A stretch of 64,000 bases of DNA, from NCBI GenBank assembly GCA_003344405.1, contig NOWV01000129.1:62001-126000 (forward strand). The letters are read 5' to 3'. The DNA is from Trichoplax sp. H2 (taxonomy: Eukaryota). Shown here in pieces: positions 14,101 through 26,141 of the stretch. Positions within the stretch are counted from its first letter, which is position 1. Each line of letters starts with the position of its first letter. Under the pieces are notes generated by a model. That model saw nothing but the letters and a program-made list of their open reading frames with translations, was not told where the DNA came from and did not search any database. Both the position numbers and the translations under genes were made by a program.

Positions 14101-17100
14101 TCTTGGTTGGTGGTTGAGTTTCAGCTGGAGATTGCACTGGAGATTGTATAGCTTTCTTGGATTTTAAGGGCTGCTTGCTAAATAATTTTAGAGGAGAAGA
14201 CTGCAATTGAGGATTAAGCTTGGTTTCTGTAATGCTAGGCGTTTCTTGGGCCTCAGCAAAGACGCGTTTTTCGTGTTCCTCTAGGGCTAATTTACTTTTC
14301 TAGATGGAAAGAGTATCAATTATCCATTTTGAGGAATATTGCATTTTATTTAATCGCAACATCGTAGTATCTTGGAATAATCTAAGATGCAGACTGCTAG
14401 TATGTGGTCTTGCTTATATCCTTTGATTGTGTACTGATAGAGCGTCTACTTTTATGAATATTTCTATTTCAAACCTTTTTAGCCATTTCTTTAAATGAAG
14501 CTGCTTCAGCCTATTGATAATAAAGGAAATTTTTAATACAAATTTATCATTGATTTAATTCGCTATTTTACAAGATTATGAAGAGACTCGTATGAACTAG
14601 CGATGATAGGCTAGTATTCTTCTACAACAAACTATTTTATGACAGACCTGTTGGAATTCAATTTGGCTTTCTAGCTCTGCTACTTTCTATATTCATAAAG
14701 CAAGACTGCAAGTTAATATTTCCAGAAGAGTTAAACTAGAATGATCTATGGTTACTTAATTCATAGTTAGTAGATTAATTGCGACCATAATTAGCATAAA
14801 GGAAATAACTTTGTTCGTCAAAGTATTGTAGTCTTTGAGCGTTATTATTGACGATTGTATCGAATGGCTGCTGCTTAATCGCCACAGCTAAGTTAAATGA
14901 TATCATTTAATTGCTATCCTTCTTGAAATTAGTATTTATTAACTACGATTATAATCAAGATTGAAAAGTAGTAGTTAATTCAAGCATAACAATCTAGTAG
15001 GGCAGCTGTTCATGATTACATCTTATAATCGGTAATAACAACTAGATTAAATTGCTGGCATAATCATGATCCTACAGCCACTCTATATGGAACAGCTAGA
15101 TTTAATTGCTAGCGTAATCAAAATCTTTTTGCTACTCAACTTGTAACATCTAGGTTAATATCGAGATAGAGTAATGGATCATGATCTTAAGACCATTTTA
15201 CTCGAAAAAGCTGGGTTAATTGCTAGCTTAATCAAGACCTTATGGCCACTCAACCTGTAACAGCTAGGTTAACTGAAGAGATAATCAATAATTGAAATAG
15301 AGCAATGGATCCATACTAAGCAATGGAATCATGCTGTAGTATTGTCCTAGTTATAGTTAAGGAATCATGAAAGCTATGGTAATCAAAATTTAGGTTCTGT
15401 AGGTTAATCAATGGCATTGTAATCCTATAGTAATATTACCCATGATGATATCGTTTAAAATAAGCCTAATTGTACCAAATAAACGTTGGAGAATCATAAG
15501 TATGGACTATGGCTACAAAGAGATTACTATTATACTTGTAGCGTTTCATTTTGTGTAATTTTGCATATGCTCAATAAGAGAAGGAAATATCATACCTTTA
15601 AAAGTAAATTAATTTTATGCTGATTTTGCTGTTGTTCAGAATTGGATTCTGTAACATTTTCATTTCGAATAGCTTGCAGCGATTCTTCGATCATATTTCG
15701 TGACTGTTTATATCCAGTAGATTTCATTAATGGAGTATCTATGTATTATGGTTGGCTATGATAGAACTATTTTACGGTCTGTTCTTGCTATAGTATAACT
15801 TACTTCCACATTTTGCTTCTCTTTCAATTCTTCCAATTGTTTTTGCCACGAATTTTGTTGATTTTTAAGCATTTCTGTGATTGCTGTTTTGGTAGTTGAT
15901 TGAAGAGTTTCAATCTAGGCGAGGATAAAGATAAGGATTTTATTACCGGTCTAATTCTCAAGTGCGAATTGAATCCATCAAGTTTTCGTTTAGACTCGTT
16001 AATGTTAGCTAAGAGCTTAAGCTACTAATTTCAACTCAGTATAGGTATAAAACTATTTCCAGCTGTTAGGAAGAAATGGATTGATAAGCTATTTAAAATA
16101 CTAACTATGATTCCATACTAAATTGATTTCTTTCGCAGCTAAAGTCGTTATTCTAGTACGTGTGAGAACAGTACATCGTCTAGCAGTTTTTGCGATATGA
16201 AATAGAATTTACACTCTAGCTTAATTTTATACTATCAACGGAAAGAAATGAGCTAATAGCGATATTATTTAAATAGATATTACTTCAGGCAATAAACAGA
16301 TTTCACTTTATTATTAAGTCAAGCTCAGCTATCATGGTAATACAACGCAAAGGGGATATTTACCTCTTTCCTAAATTTAGCAATTTCTTCGCGATACTGT
16401 TCATTCTGCGCGGATACAAATTAATTTTAGCTGGCAGACGCATTATGTAAATGCACTATAATATTATTTTAGATGGTAGAAGTAGCGAGGAAAGGCTATA
16501 TTGAATTAAGTTCATACCTGTTTCTTAATATCTTCAATATCTACATCTGTACTAAATCGACTCTTCCGCTTTTCGGATTTATTCGACTTTCGTAGTTTAA
16601 CATTCTGGTGAGGTTTAGCTTCATCATGGCTTTCATCATCCTGTTGCGGTAAAGGTGGCATAAATGAGTTATGTAACAGTAAAATCGAAATTTTTTCAAC
16701 TTTAAAATTCTCCTAAAAAATCGATCCTTCATTTACATCACTTGGCTAACCTCTAATTCTCCTAACGTATTTTTCCTTCTAGCTTCTGTACAAATACCAA
16801 GAAATGGTATAGCATTATTTATTTATCTCAGAATTATATCTTACAAATCACATACAGAAGGCAGCCAATTACCTATAAGTTGTTCTTGCAGCGCCTAATT
16901 GATATGAAAAACAAAACTTAGAATAAATATTCAAAACGATTAACTTTATATTCTTCTCTTTCCAGTACCTTTTCGCGATTTTTAAGGCGTTCTTCACTTT
17001 CTCGCACTTCGCGCTGCAGCATATCTCGGAAAGTGTTCATCTGTGACTGAGATAAAAATATTAAGATGGATTATTTTAGCTAGATAAATTTATTTTGCAT

Positions 17101-20100
17101 AAAGTCTGGATGATGAATATCTTATAGATTGAAAAAGGATATCCATAGCATCTATTACATATTATAATTTCATACGGGTAAATATTTGATTTTAATTTTT
17201 TAATGTACATTATTTTAGCTGGATAAAATGTAGCTCGCGTAAAGTCTGGACGATGAATATCCTATGGATTCAATAGGATATTCATAACACTTTTTATAAT
17301 AATAATTTTATTCGGGTACCCATAACTGTTTAATTTTAAGCCTGCCTATCGTTACCATGGCTAATTAATAGAATTGCTGTAATCATTTTGTAGATAGATT
17401 ATAATTAATTAAGTTATATAATCGCTATTGCAATTAGAGCTTAATGAGATTATTAATAGTTTTTTACGGTAACCGAAGCATAGATATTAACCATTTTAAG
17501 GTTTATTTTCACATATGTAGGATTTGTTGAATTTGTTTTATTTGACTAGAATAGGCTTGCTATTGCAACTTTTTAGGGATATTTATCTTTAATATGATTA
17601 AAGTTGATGGAGTTGATGATGACGAATGTAGCTGAATTTTACTTTATGTTAGTAATTATTATTAATCACGTTTAAGGACGCCTATCTATTGCGTATTTGA
17701 GGTTGATAGGATTAGTAATTCCCTAGATGGTTAAAATCCTATCAAATTACTATTTCTACCTATTTGAAATTTTGATATACTATAGTACATGCCTGAGCTT
17801 AGTTAGAACATACTTTTAATTAGTATTTACGATAATTAAGGAGGATATTAGACTTTTACGTAGCCGAGATTAGAGAAATTAATTTTTACGTCGGTGGTTG
17901 GTTATAGCACTGGGCTAAGTCCACAGATGGCTACATTTTTTGTAATCAAGATTATCGAGATTACTTTAACAACGTTGGATTATACTCTAAATGATTGCGG
18001 TATTCTTTATATTTATTGGTCTGCTTCGAGATTATTGGTATCGATTAAATTTAGAGGTAGGCTATAAATGAGATACTGAAATAGGCGGGCAAATGGAGAG
18101 AAAGGAATATAGCATAGAAATAGAGATCAATCTTGACACGAATAAGCTTACCTCATTATTACTCTCTTCTTCCAATCGCCATTGCTGATATTTGCTTTTT
18201 AATTCATTCTCATAATTTTTCATTTGAATGGATAATTCCTAAAATTTTCCCAGTTTTAAAATGGCAACGAATTAATTTAAGATCATGTTAAGGACGAGCT
18301 ATTAATTTAAAAGCTAGGAAGAATCTATACTGCAATAAGAGAAACTATCCAATGCTGCCTGAAAGGATTACTATGTTAGCTGATCTACTAATTCGCTGAG
18401 CACAAGTAAGATAGGTAAATATTGAGCTAAATAAGTACGTATGCCGTAAGTAAAGATTTTTTACGCTGTAGCATGAATCTTTTACATGCGAAGATCTGAT
18501 AGCAAGTCTGTGTAAAATTTGGATGCAAGCTATAGTATATTGAGCGATAACTTAAAAGTATTCGAAGCATGGCTGCAGAGACTGGAAAGATTGAAGAGGC
18601 TGATTATAACCACAAGTCATCAATCAATTCTAATTAACAACTTTAAAATAGGGGAAATGTCCCAACATGGTCCTAATCGATGGTAGTGATAATATAGTAA
18701 TAGAATATATAATAACCTCTGATAGTTTATGATCTCTTTCTGATCTTTCCTTAGCTAGCTCTTGCGTTGTTGTATGCAATTTCTCTTGCATTTCTGCTAA
18801 TTGTGCTTGCATGTTATTCCACGAATTTTTAACGTTATTAGTCATCGTATCGCCATTGCCAATATTATTGAGCTTGCTATTCAATGAAAAGAATAGTAGA
18901 AAAGCTATAAAAATGTCTGGAAATAAGCCAGTCAGCAATATTTTACCTTTGCATGGTCGTTTCTTCAGCTGTGCCATCGTGATGTCTTCGTGCAATGTGA
19001 CGCTGCAAGTAGACTCCATTAACAAATACTTTTTGGCAATGGACACACTAGAAAACAACGATACAAGAGCATTTCATCTTCAATAAATAGGCAATTTATT
19101 TCATATTTTATACCCATAACTAACGAGTAGTAGGTAAATTTAGTATCTATAAATACGATACAACCGATGAATTGATAAACAGGGTGGAATGCAGCCTAGT
19201 TTAAAAATTTTTACCTTATAATTCCCGCTAGCTCCTAAATTAACCATATTCTGATACATTTTAAGCATTTTCTTCATTTTTCGTGTATCTTGTTTACGCT
19301 TATCTAGTTCTTCCGTTATTTCTTTTTCTTTAGTAGTTAAATTTTCCGTAGTCTATGAAGAAGCAAAAGTATAAAAATATCTTATTTTCTATTAACAAAT
19401 TTGATTGAGTTTTTGTAGGTCTTTGCAGTCCTGTATGTTGAAGCACGTAGAAAATTGCTTAGCAATCCATTTCTCATGATGGTAAATACACAATACACTT
19501 AAAACCTTTTATTTTCTTTCTAAATTTATTTACGATACTGTTTGCTACTGGATATAAAAGATTGCTTAATAGTGGATTTCTTGTTATAAAGAAAGTACAG
19601 AAGTCTCGAATGGAATTTAATAATTCAGAAATTACTCGCAATATACTAGGCTGCCACATGTAAGAATTTTCTATACCGAATTTGCCATCATGATAATTTA
19701 AGATTAAACTTATTTTATTTATTATTTTGTAGTTATCAATACTACTGTATGCTGTTCGTAAAATGACTTTGCGATCTTTTTATCGTGATATTGAAGATAC
19801 GACAATCGCAAATAGAACTCATCTTAATTATTTTGCAGCTGTAAATTTGTAATACCGCTGCAGTTAAAAATATCTATTCGTTATTATGATAAAAGATATA
19901 AGAATTTCAAATTTAACCTGTTTTCGTTAACTATCTTGCAGTTATTGGTAGTTTATTGCAAAGTGTATAACTGTCTAGTAATTACTAATCATGTTGACAT
20001 AATTGATGAAGGCATGGAAATCTAGAATTAATCTCTAACCTCAGTTAAAGAATTGATCTTGTCTTCATATCGCTTTATTTTTTCAGATAGAGCGTTTTGG

Positions 20101-23100
20101 GAATGCTATATGGTAGAATAAAGGCAAAAATTTTATTCATTTACTAGGAAAAATATTAGCTAGAGTTTAATATCATAAACCATTTTAACTTTGGAAAATT
20201 ACTTATTAAAGAGAGTATTCGTGATTACAATAAAATTTGAACTATTAATATAGTTGCCAATAAAAAGATTACAGCAGGATTAAGCTATCGCAGCCTTACC
20301 AGAAGATATTCAATCACAAATTGAGCTAATTTAAAGAGGTCTACAAAGTTTTTTCCAACATGTTCGATTCCCTATCATTGAATATAAACAACACATCACG
20401 GTTAAATGATAACGGTAATTCTCATTTTTATGAAATAGCTTAAGCAAATAAATACATTTTTATGGAGAAGAATTCCCTTTACACTACTGGGTAATCTCAA
20501 TATAGCTCTGCTAGATGATTCCAGCTATCTATTCTAACTTATGGAATAAGGCATACACTAGGACAGAGGAATGATGATAACTTACCGGCTCTAATTCTAA
20601 ATTACAAAATGTCACGTTGATGATATTTTCCTGAAGTGTAGTAAAGCTAGGATTGTCCAAGTTGACTGCAGCTAAAAGGAAGATAGTGGTGATATGATAT
20701 AATTATAACAATATAAATGGATAATTGCGATTAATCTTCTAGCTAAAGATCAATAAAAAGGTATGAATATGATGTTTGCAACAAGAAATAATTTAGCTAT
20801 AAAGAAAGTCTATGATGCATCTATAGAGTTTGCTGCTAAAGACATTGGAAAAGTTGTGGAATTTATAGCATTAATCGTTTGTTTAATGAGAAAAACTGGT
20901 TAAAAGTCTAGTATTTACTCATGAAGGGCTGCAGCTGTTTAAGATCGTGCTCTTTTTACTTAATAAATATCAAAGAAAATTGTTTACACCTAAAGCTTAA
21001 AATGTTTGGTCCATGAGGAAGACTTAAATATATCTTGGAGCTTACTTGATGCTCGCAAAAAACTGCAGTCATTAAAAATTACGTTTGTCGAAGTCAATTA
21101 ATCTTGTTTTGCAGAGGTTTGAAGAAAGTAGCGAGTTAGATGTAGATACTACTACAAAATAACTCTATACTCTGGTAATGGTGTTGGATCATTATCAAGG
21201 ACGGTAAGGAAAGGCGAGAGTATTCAGATCTACTTCTCCAACGAGGGGAGTTAGATATCTAGCTTTTTAAGGTAGTTATAAACTCTTATACGGGTGATGA
21301 TAATGAATTACTCTTAATAATGGCAACGATAGGAATTAGAGTTGCTTGTCTTCTTCCAAGAATTATAATAGTAAAGTATCTTCCCATATAATGCATAAAC
21401 GAGAAGTTAGTTCTAACTAATGGGAGATTTTGCAATATGCTCTTGCCATGATGACGAATTATTATCCAACCTCCAGAAATGCAAGGAAAGTATCGAATGA
21501 ACTATTCTGGAAATTGGTAGCTGAACATGAGAAGAATTGTTAGTCTTCTCCCTGTTAATAATAAGGTGCTGGATCTATTTATTCAAGTTACTAATTTACT
21601 CTATATGCACATCCTGTTGGAGATATAATGAACTCTTCTTGAGAAAGGTAACAAAAGGAGAGAAATCAATACTTTATAGGAATAAGGAGTTAGATCTAGC
21701 AATAGTTAAGCATTTCTATGTACTGTATTCTTATGTAATGATAATGGCGAATTGCTCTTGAGAATGACAAGAAAAAAGGAAACTACTGCAAAAAAATCCT
21801 GTTGGTCCTCCGATCTTCATGCAGCCCATCTTCACATCGATCTTACAAGATTGTTGACGGATATATACAGGACATAAGATGGAACAGAAATAGTAGACAT
21901 ACCGATTCTCATCCAGTCCACTCTTTCCCATCTCTTCTTGAAAGGAAATTGAGAGCCTACAGCAGTAAATAGTTAAGATATAAGGTATTAGAATTTTGAG
22001 TTTAATTCACACCCATTTCAATTTACTCGTATACTCTGAAAGTTGCAAAGCAGTCCTTCATGCCAACTTAGATTGATAGTATAAATTGCACTTATATGTA
22101 CAGCTCTAAGTATGATTTGCTCAATATTGATTTGATCTGTTGTTAGTGAAGTAATCACGTTAAAGTATGGATATTTAGAATGTTTAGGTATGTAAGTTTT
22201 GATGTTAAACTGCTGAAAGTTATCCAGTGGTCCTTCACATCAACTTATATTGGTAGTATTAATTACGCATATATGTCTAACCCTATGGATAGTTTGCTCA
22301 ATATCGATACGATCTAGTGTTAGTGAAGTAATCGAGTTAAAGCATGGATATTTAGAATAGTTAGGTAGGTAAGCCATAATGTTTTAAACCTACCGCTAAA
22401 TGAAGAATGAGTAGCATGAGTAAGAGTAGTTGCTTGCATATAAAATTTAAGATGATATTCTGCAATCGGATGCCTTCTGTACTATGCATATACCATTTAT
22501 GATAATGAAAATCTGGAGTAAATCATAATTATTTTAGATTGATCACATATCCTTCTGTTACTGTCCTTCCTTAAATTAACCAGAGAGCGATAAATTACTA
22601 GTAGTTCGTCTCTGGTTTAATGAGTGGATTAATAGCATAGCTATTACGGATAAAAATGATTTATAGGATACAGGATTAAAGGTTTGCTACGTCACTTAGC
22701 CAGACTACAGGTTCTAACGTTAAAATATTTTCCTTATAGGATACCGTTAATGTTATTACAACTATAAAGTGAGAAGATGAACCCTTAATGAAAAATTTAG
22801 GGAGTTGATGGTTGCCGTCTTTGATGTCATAAATAATTAATTTATTCAGGAGTATTGAGTTATTCTAGAAGTCTTAACTAAATATCATAAACTAGCTTGA
22901 ACAGGTTGACAAGCTATCAAAGTAAATCACTAACGCACCATTTTAATCCTTTTGCCAATATTACAATAAATAAGTGAGAAAAGGAACGATAAACGATATA
23001 TTTATAGAGTTTTCAACAACTATCTTCTATTAGCTAGACAATTTATTTAATTAGTTCTATGGCTAGATTAACGGCTATTTTTAGAAATGGTATCTTTCCA

Positions 23101-24169
23101 TGTTTAAAGTAGAAAAATTAAGTTGATGGTCGTTATTTACTGTGCTGTTGAAGGAGACATTAGTGCTATGCAGTCTAAACCTTTTCACCTCGGGTATACC
23201 GTTAATTTTATGGCTACTTTAGAATGGAAGCCAATTTTGAATTGATTTTGATTTTTCAAGAGCAGCGTAAACAAATTATAAACTGGATAGTAAAGAGACA
23301 TCCGTATTGCACGGACAAAATTATTTCGCTTTGGGTATGCCGTTAATGCTATAAATTACGTTGGAATAGTTGGAAATCGTGAGCCGATTTAGATTTTTCA
23401 AGAGCAGCATGAACAAATTCTAACCTGGACATAAAAGAGGGCTTCAATATTGAAAGTCTAAGTCCTCTTTTCGTCCTAAGTAGAATATCATAACCGCTAT
23501 AAAATGAAAAGAAACATTGAACGAATGTTCGACTTTTCGGAAACAGTATAAGTAAATTTTAAATTATACTTGGTTATAATCTAGGAGATCTGGATATCTA
23601 CTTGGATTGATGTTTTTTTTAGCGACAATCCCTTGATATTTCAGTATGATCGGCTGTTAGTCTTTAAAAATGATCTAATTCGATCACATTTTCTTAGTCT
23701 ACTGATAATTAATCAGGCCAAAATAAACTAATTTAGACTAAGCAGTCGATATTGACAAAGCTTGAATGTTTAATATGTCATCATAAAGAATATGTGGTTA
23801 TTTGATTGGAGTTTGGTTATTTTTGCTCATTAATTCCAATCCTTGCATGTTTCAATAACATGAACGATTGATCATAGGCTAGACGATTTGTAATTTTATA
23901 GGTAAATGATGATTGCTTACACTATGCAATCAATAGGATATCGCAAAATAAGCCAACGATCACTAATTGAGAACTTTAATAAGAATCAAAAGAAATATTT
24001 GAAACTTTAGCTAATTCGATAGGATGATACTGTACAAGGTTATTTCTTACGCTTTCTACTACTTTTTTGAATCAGGTGCAATTTTACGATGTAAAATTTT
24101 CAAGTAATCAATCGTTCTCTTACCTGGTCTTACTTGTTGGCTACCGACTAGTCGACTTGCAGGAAACAT
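8161..24169 (-). CDS. DZIP1: DZIP1/DZIP1L (iguana)-like basal-body/transition-fibre protein: Dzip N-terminal domain, C2H2 finger, coiled coil, acidic C-terminus
   Basis: Exon 24124-24169 MFPASRLVGSQQVRP (in-frame TAA just upstream of the ATG); 21903-21956 SQFPFKKRWERVDWMRI; 20586-20671 AAVNLDNPSFTTLQENIINVTFCNLE; 20300-20371 FVDLFKLAQFVIEYLL; ~20040-20105 HSQNALSEKIK; ~19215-19352 MKKMLKMYQNMVNLGASGNYK; 18947-19047 CVHCQKVFVNGVYLQRHIARRH (C2H2). Later exons read LLESRLINEGIG and KYPNFSEIRR. The last exon ends DDWRPPVKRS* at 8161. The motifs match the DZIP1 pattern (VDW..A..TLQENI.NITFC..LAQFTIEYLLHSQ). Some internal exon boundaries are approximate. Confidence 0.9.
8291..8668. repeat. ~130-bp direct duplication in the last DZIP1 intron
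   Basis: GCAATTATTCATAGCTCTAT...TTACTAGAAAGAACTTAGATGGAACTACT...CCAGTATCTGTAATT at 8291-8420 and 8540-8668. Confidence 0.9.
9555..9610 (-). repeat. Coding GAY trinucleotide repeat (poly-Asp tract) in a DZIP1 C-terminal exon
   Basis: The ORF reads SSSEDDDDDDDDDDDDEDDDIDEEE. Confidence 0.85.
10880..11290. repeat. Diverged ~111-bp tandem repeat, 4 copies (DZIP1 intron)
   Basis: A GAG(T/C)TG(G/A)TGATCTAAA-type anchor recurs at about 10884, 10995, 11107 and 11219. Confidence 0.65.
15035..15275. repeat. Diverged ~55-bp tandem repeat (DZIP1 intron)
   Basis: Recurring CTAG(A/G)TTAATTGCTAGC.TAATCA...CCACTCAAC.TGTAACA units. Confidence 0.65.
17071..17320. repeat. ~140-bp tandem duplication (DZIP1 intron)
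   Basis: TTATTTTAGCT.GATAAA...AAAGTCTGGA.GATGAATATC.TA..GATT...CGGGTA at about 17071 and 17210. Confidence 0.75.
22117..22373. repeat. ~80-bp direct duplication, ~177 bp apart (DZIP1 intron)
   Basis: TTGCTCAATAT.GAT..GATCT..TGTTAGTGAAGTAATC..GTTAAAG.ATGGATATTTAGAAT..TTAGGTA.GTAAG occurs twice. Confidence 0.8.
23190..23445. repeat. ~142-bp tandem duplication (DZIP1 intron)
   Basis: GGGTAT.CCGTTAAT...GATTTTTCAAGAGCAGC.T.AACAAATT.TAA.CTGGA...AAAGAG occurs twice. Confidence 0.75.
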
Positions 24170-24681
24170 GATGAATTAATGCTCTGGATATATTAAATAA
24201 TTAGAATAGTCTTTTCCTTCTCGTCTGACAACCTTGCCTAAAGTCGAGATTACCCTATCCAACGTTAGGAATAGAATGATCAATTAATATCCGGTGCTGA
24301 GATTGTTCATCAAAATCGATTTCGCGTGTTATTCTCTCAATTTAATACCATCCAAATCAAATTTCAGTCATCAATCTCATTCTTAAACTACCATTACACT
24401 CGTAATGGCTCATTTCAGCCACAATTTATTTACTTGATAATTTCCAACTACTTGGCCTTGATTCCTATTGCATCGGATGATACCGTTATGATCCGGCGGG
24501 TTTAATTAAGCGTCTGATATATCGACTCTCTTTGGGACGGACATGATATACAGACGAGCATCAGTTAACGTAGTTAATAATACTTCATTAACGATTCTAT
24601 TTACCAAGGAAATGGATACACCTACCTTAGCTATGGTGCTGATGGTTAAAAGTGCTTAGGATAGTAATAAAGTCAGCTAAA

Positions 24682-24791
24682 AAGGCTTGAATGTGTAGAA
24701 GATTGACAATTAGTTAGATATAGTGGCTCTACGTTAGGACAGGCTTGAGTGTATAGAAAAATATACAGTTAGGTAGATATAGCGGTTATAC
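24682..24791. repeat. ~58-bp tandem duplication
   Basis: AGGCTTGA.TGT.TAGAA.A...ACA.TTAG.TAGATATAG.GG occurs twice. Confidence 0.7.
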
Positions 24792-25848
24792 TGGTGCTAT
24801 GACTTATACAGATAGCCTGCTACCAGAGTCTAGAATAGTAATATTGCGAACTCTGAAGGTGTGGATCTATTGGAAATATAGCTAACTAATATCGTGTTGA
24901 CAATTGATCTGCCTTTTAAATTGCATCAGTATAGTAGATGAATTAGATGTTGGAATCATGCGAGATATTTTTCTATAAGAACCCAATTTTAGCAGTTCAG
25001 GGATTTATAGCAATAACTATCACTATAGCTATCGATGCAGTCATTTTACGTAGAATTAAAGAGCTAGATGAATCTGAATTATCTGATACAGAGATGGCGT
25101 TATACATAGACTATATTTAGAAACTGGATTAAATATAACGCGTTTAGGCACACATTTCTTGTACATCATTATACGAAATAAAGAGATCGTTGTCAAGAAT
25201 TTTATTTCGCAATAATTTGTAATGGTCGGCTTGATATAACGTAAGACTACTGGTTTCATCGTTCATATTACCAATGATGAACATTTATCTTGTATGCTGA
25301 AGCACGAAAATCTTAATTTCCTATATCTCTCCTTCATGCAAATATTACAATCTATTTACTATTTGTAGGCTTTTCGTTTGCCACAGAAATTGAATTGACA
25401 AATACATGGCCATAAAGTCATTGTAGTTGTGGATTAACAAAACTACTAAGTACTATATCTTGTTTTTTTCGTAGAATAGAAATATTGTTTAATTTAACCT
25501 CTGAACTATGGCAGTCACCATCATATACTCTATAAAGCTATTCCATAAAAAATTTCCATATTCTTTATCTAGCCATGCATTACTGATTACAGCAATATAC
25601 AAATTCCGAGGTCCTGCATAGGCTACCATTTGTGAGGTATGTACTTTACTACTGTACTGTATTTCCTTCCTACCAGTATTTGTTTTCATCAAAGCCTACC
25701 AGGATTTAATTTGTTGGAAAAAATTTAAATTGATTCAATAATAAAGAGACATGCGTATTTAGAAAATGATCAGTCCTTTTCAATCAGATCAAAACAATAA
25801 TAATAACGGTAATCAATTACAATTAATTATCCGGTTGGGAGTGAACGC

Positions 25849-25878
25849 TAAACAATGGTCTATTGTTGCTATAGTAAC
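25849..25878. promoter_or_regulatory. RFX X-box (GTTGCTATAGTAAC, 25865-25878) with adjacent forkhead core TAAACAA (25849-25855), upstream of DZIP1
   Basis: Full match to the 14-bp X-box consensus GTTNCY-AT-RGNAAC. It lies just past the TPP2 polyA signal and upstream of a minus-strand splice donor at about 25700 (candidate DZIP1 5'UTR exon). Confidence 0.65.
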
Positions 25879-26141
25879 AAGCTAGGTTAGAGTGCAATAT
25901 TAGTTAAAATTGCGATAAATAGTAGAAAAACTGCTACAGGTAACCAATCTTAATTAATGCTATTTCCAAGCTTTTAACGTTGGCTGACAGCCATTAAAAT
26001 GATACCGAAAAATATGAAGTCACAAGAAAATGTTTGCAATATTTTAATCAGGGTTACATGACATTTCAAATTATCGTTTTTAATTTATTAATTTCTTGAC
26101 AGGGTAACTCCTAAACTACAGTAAGTAAAGACACCAAACAT

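Noticed and set aside
18811..19086. Plus-strand ORFs antisense to exons (also 29952-30233, 32106-32345, 35733-35924, 53239-53457, 54046-54390)
   Set aside because: They are shadow frames opposite real DZIP1, TPP2 or GCC2 exons.
21083..21152. Possible DZIP1 exon reading FFKPLQNKIN*LRQ, suggesting TGA recoding of the conserved Trp
   Set aside because: The true exon with intact FKKRWERVDWMRI is at 21903-21956 and splices in phase. This segment is intronic, or at most a minor cassette exon in another frame.
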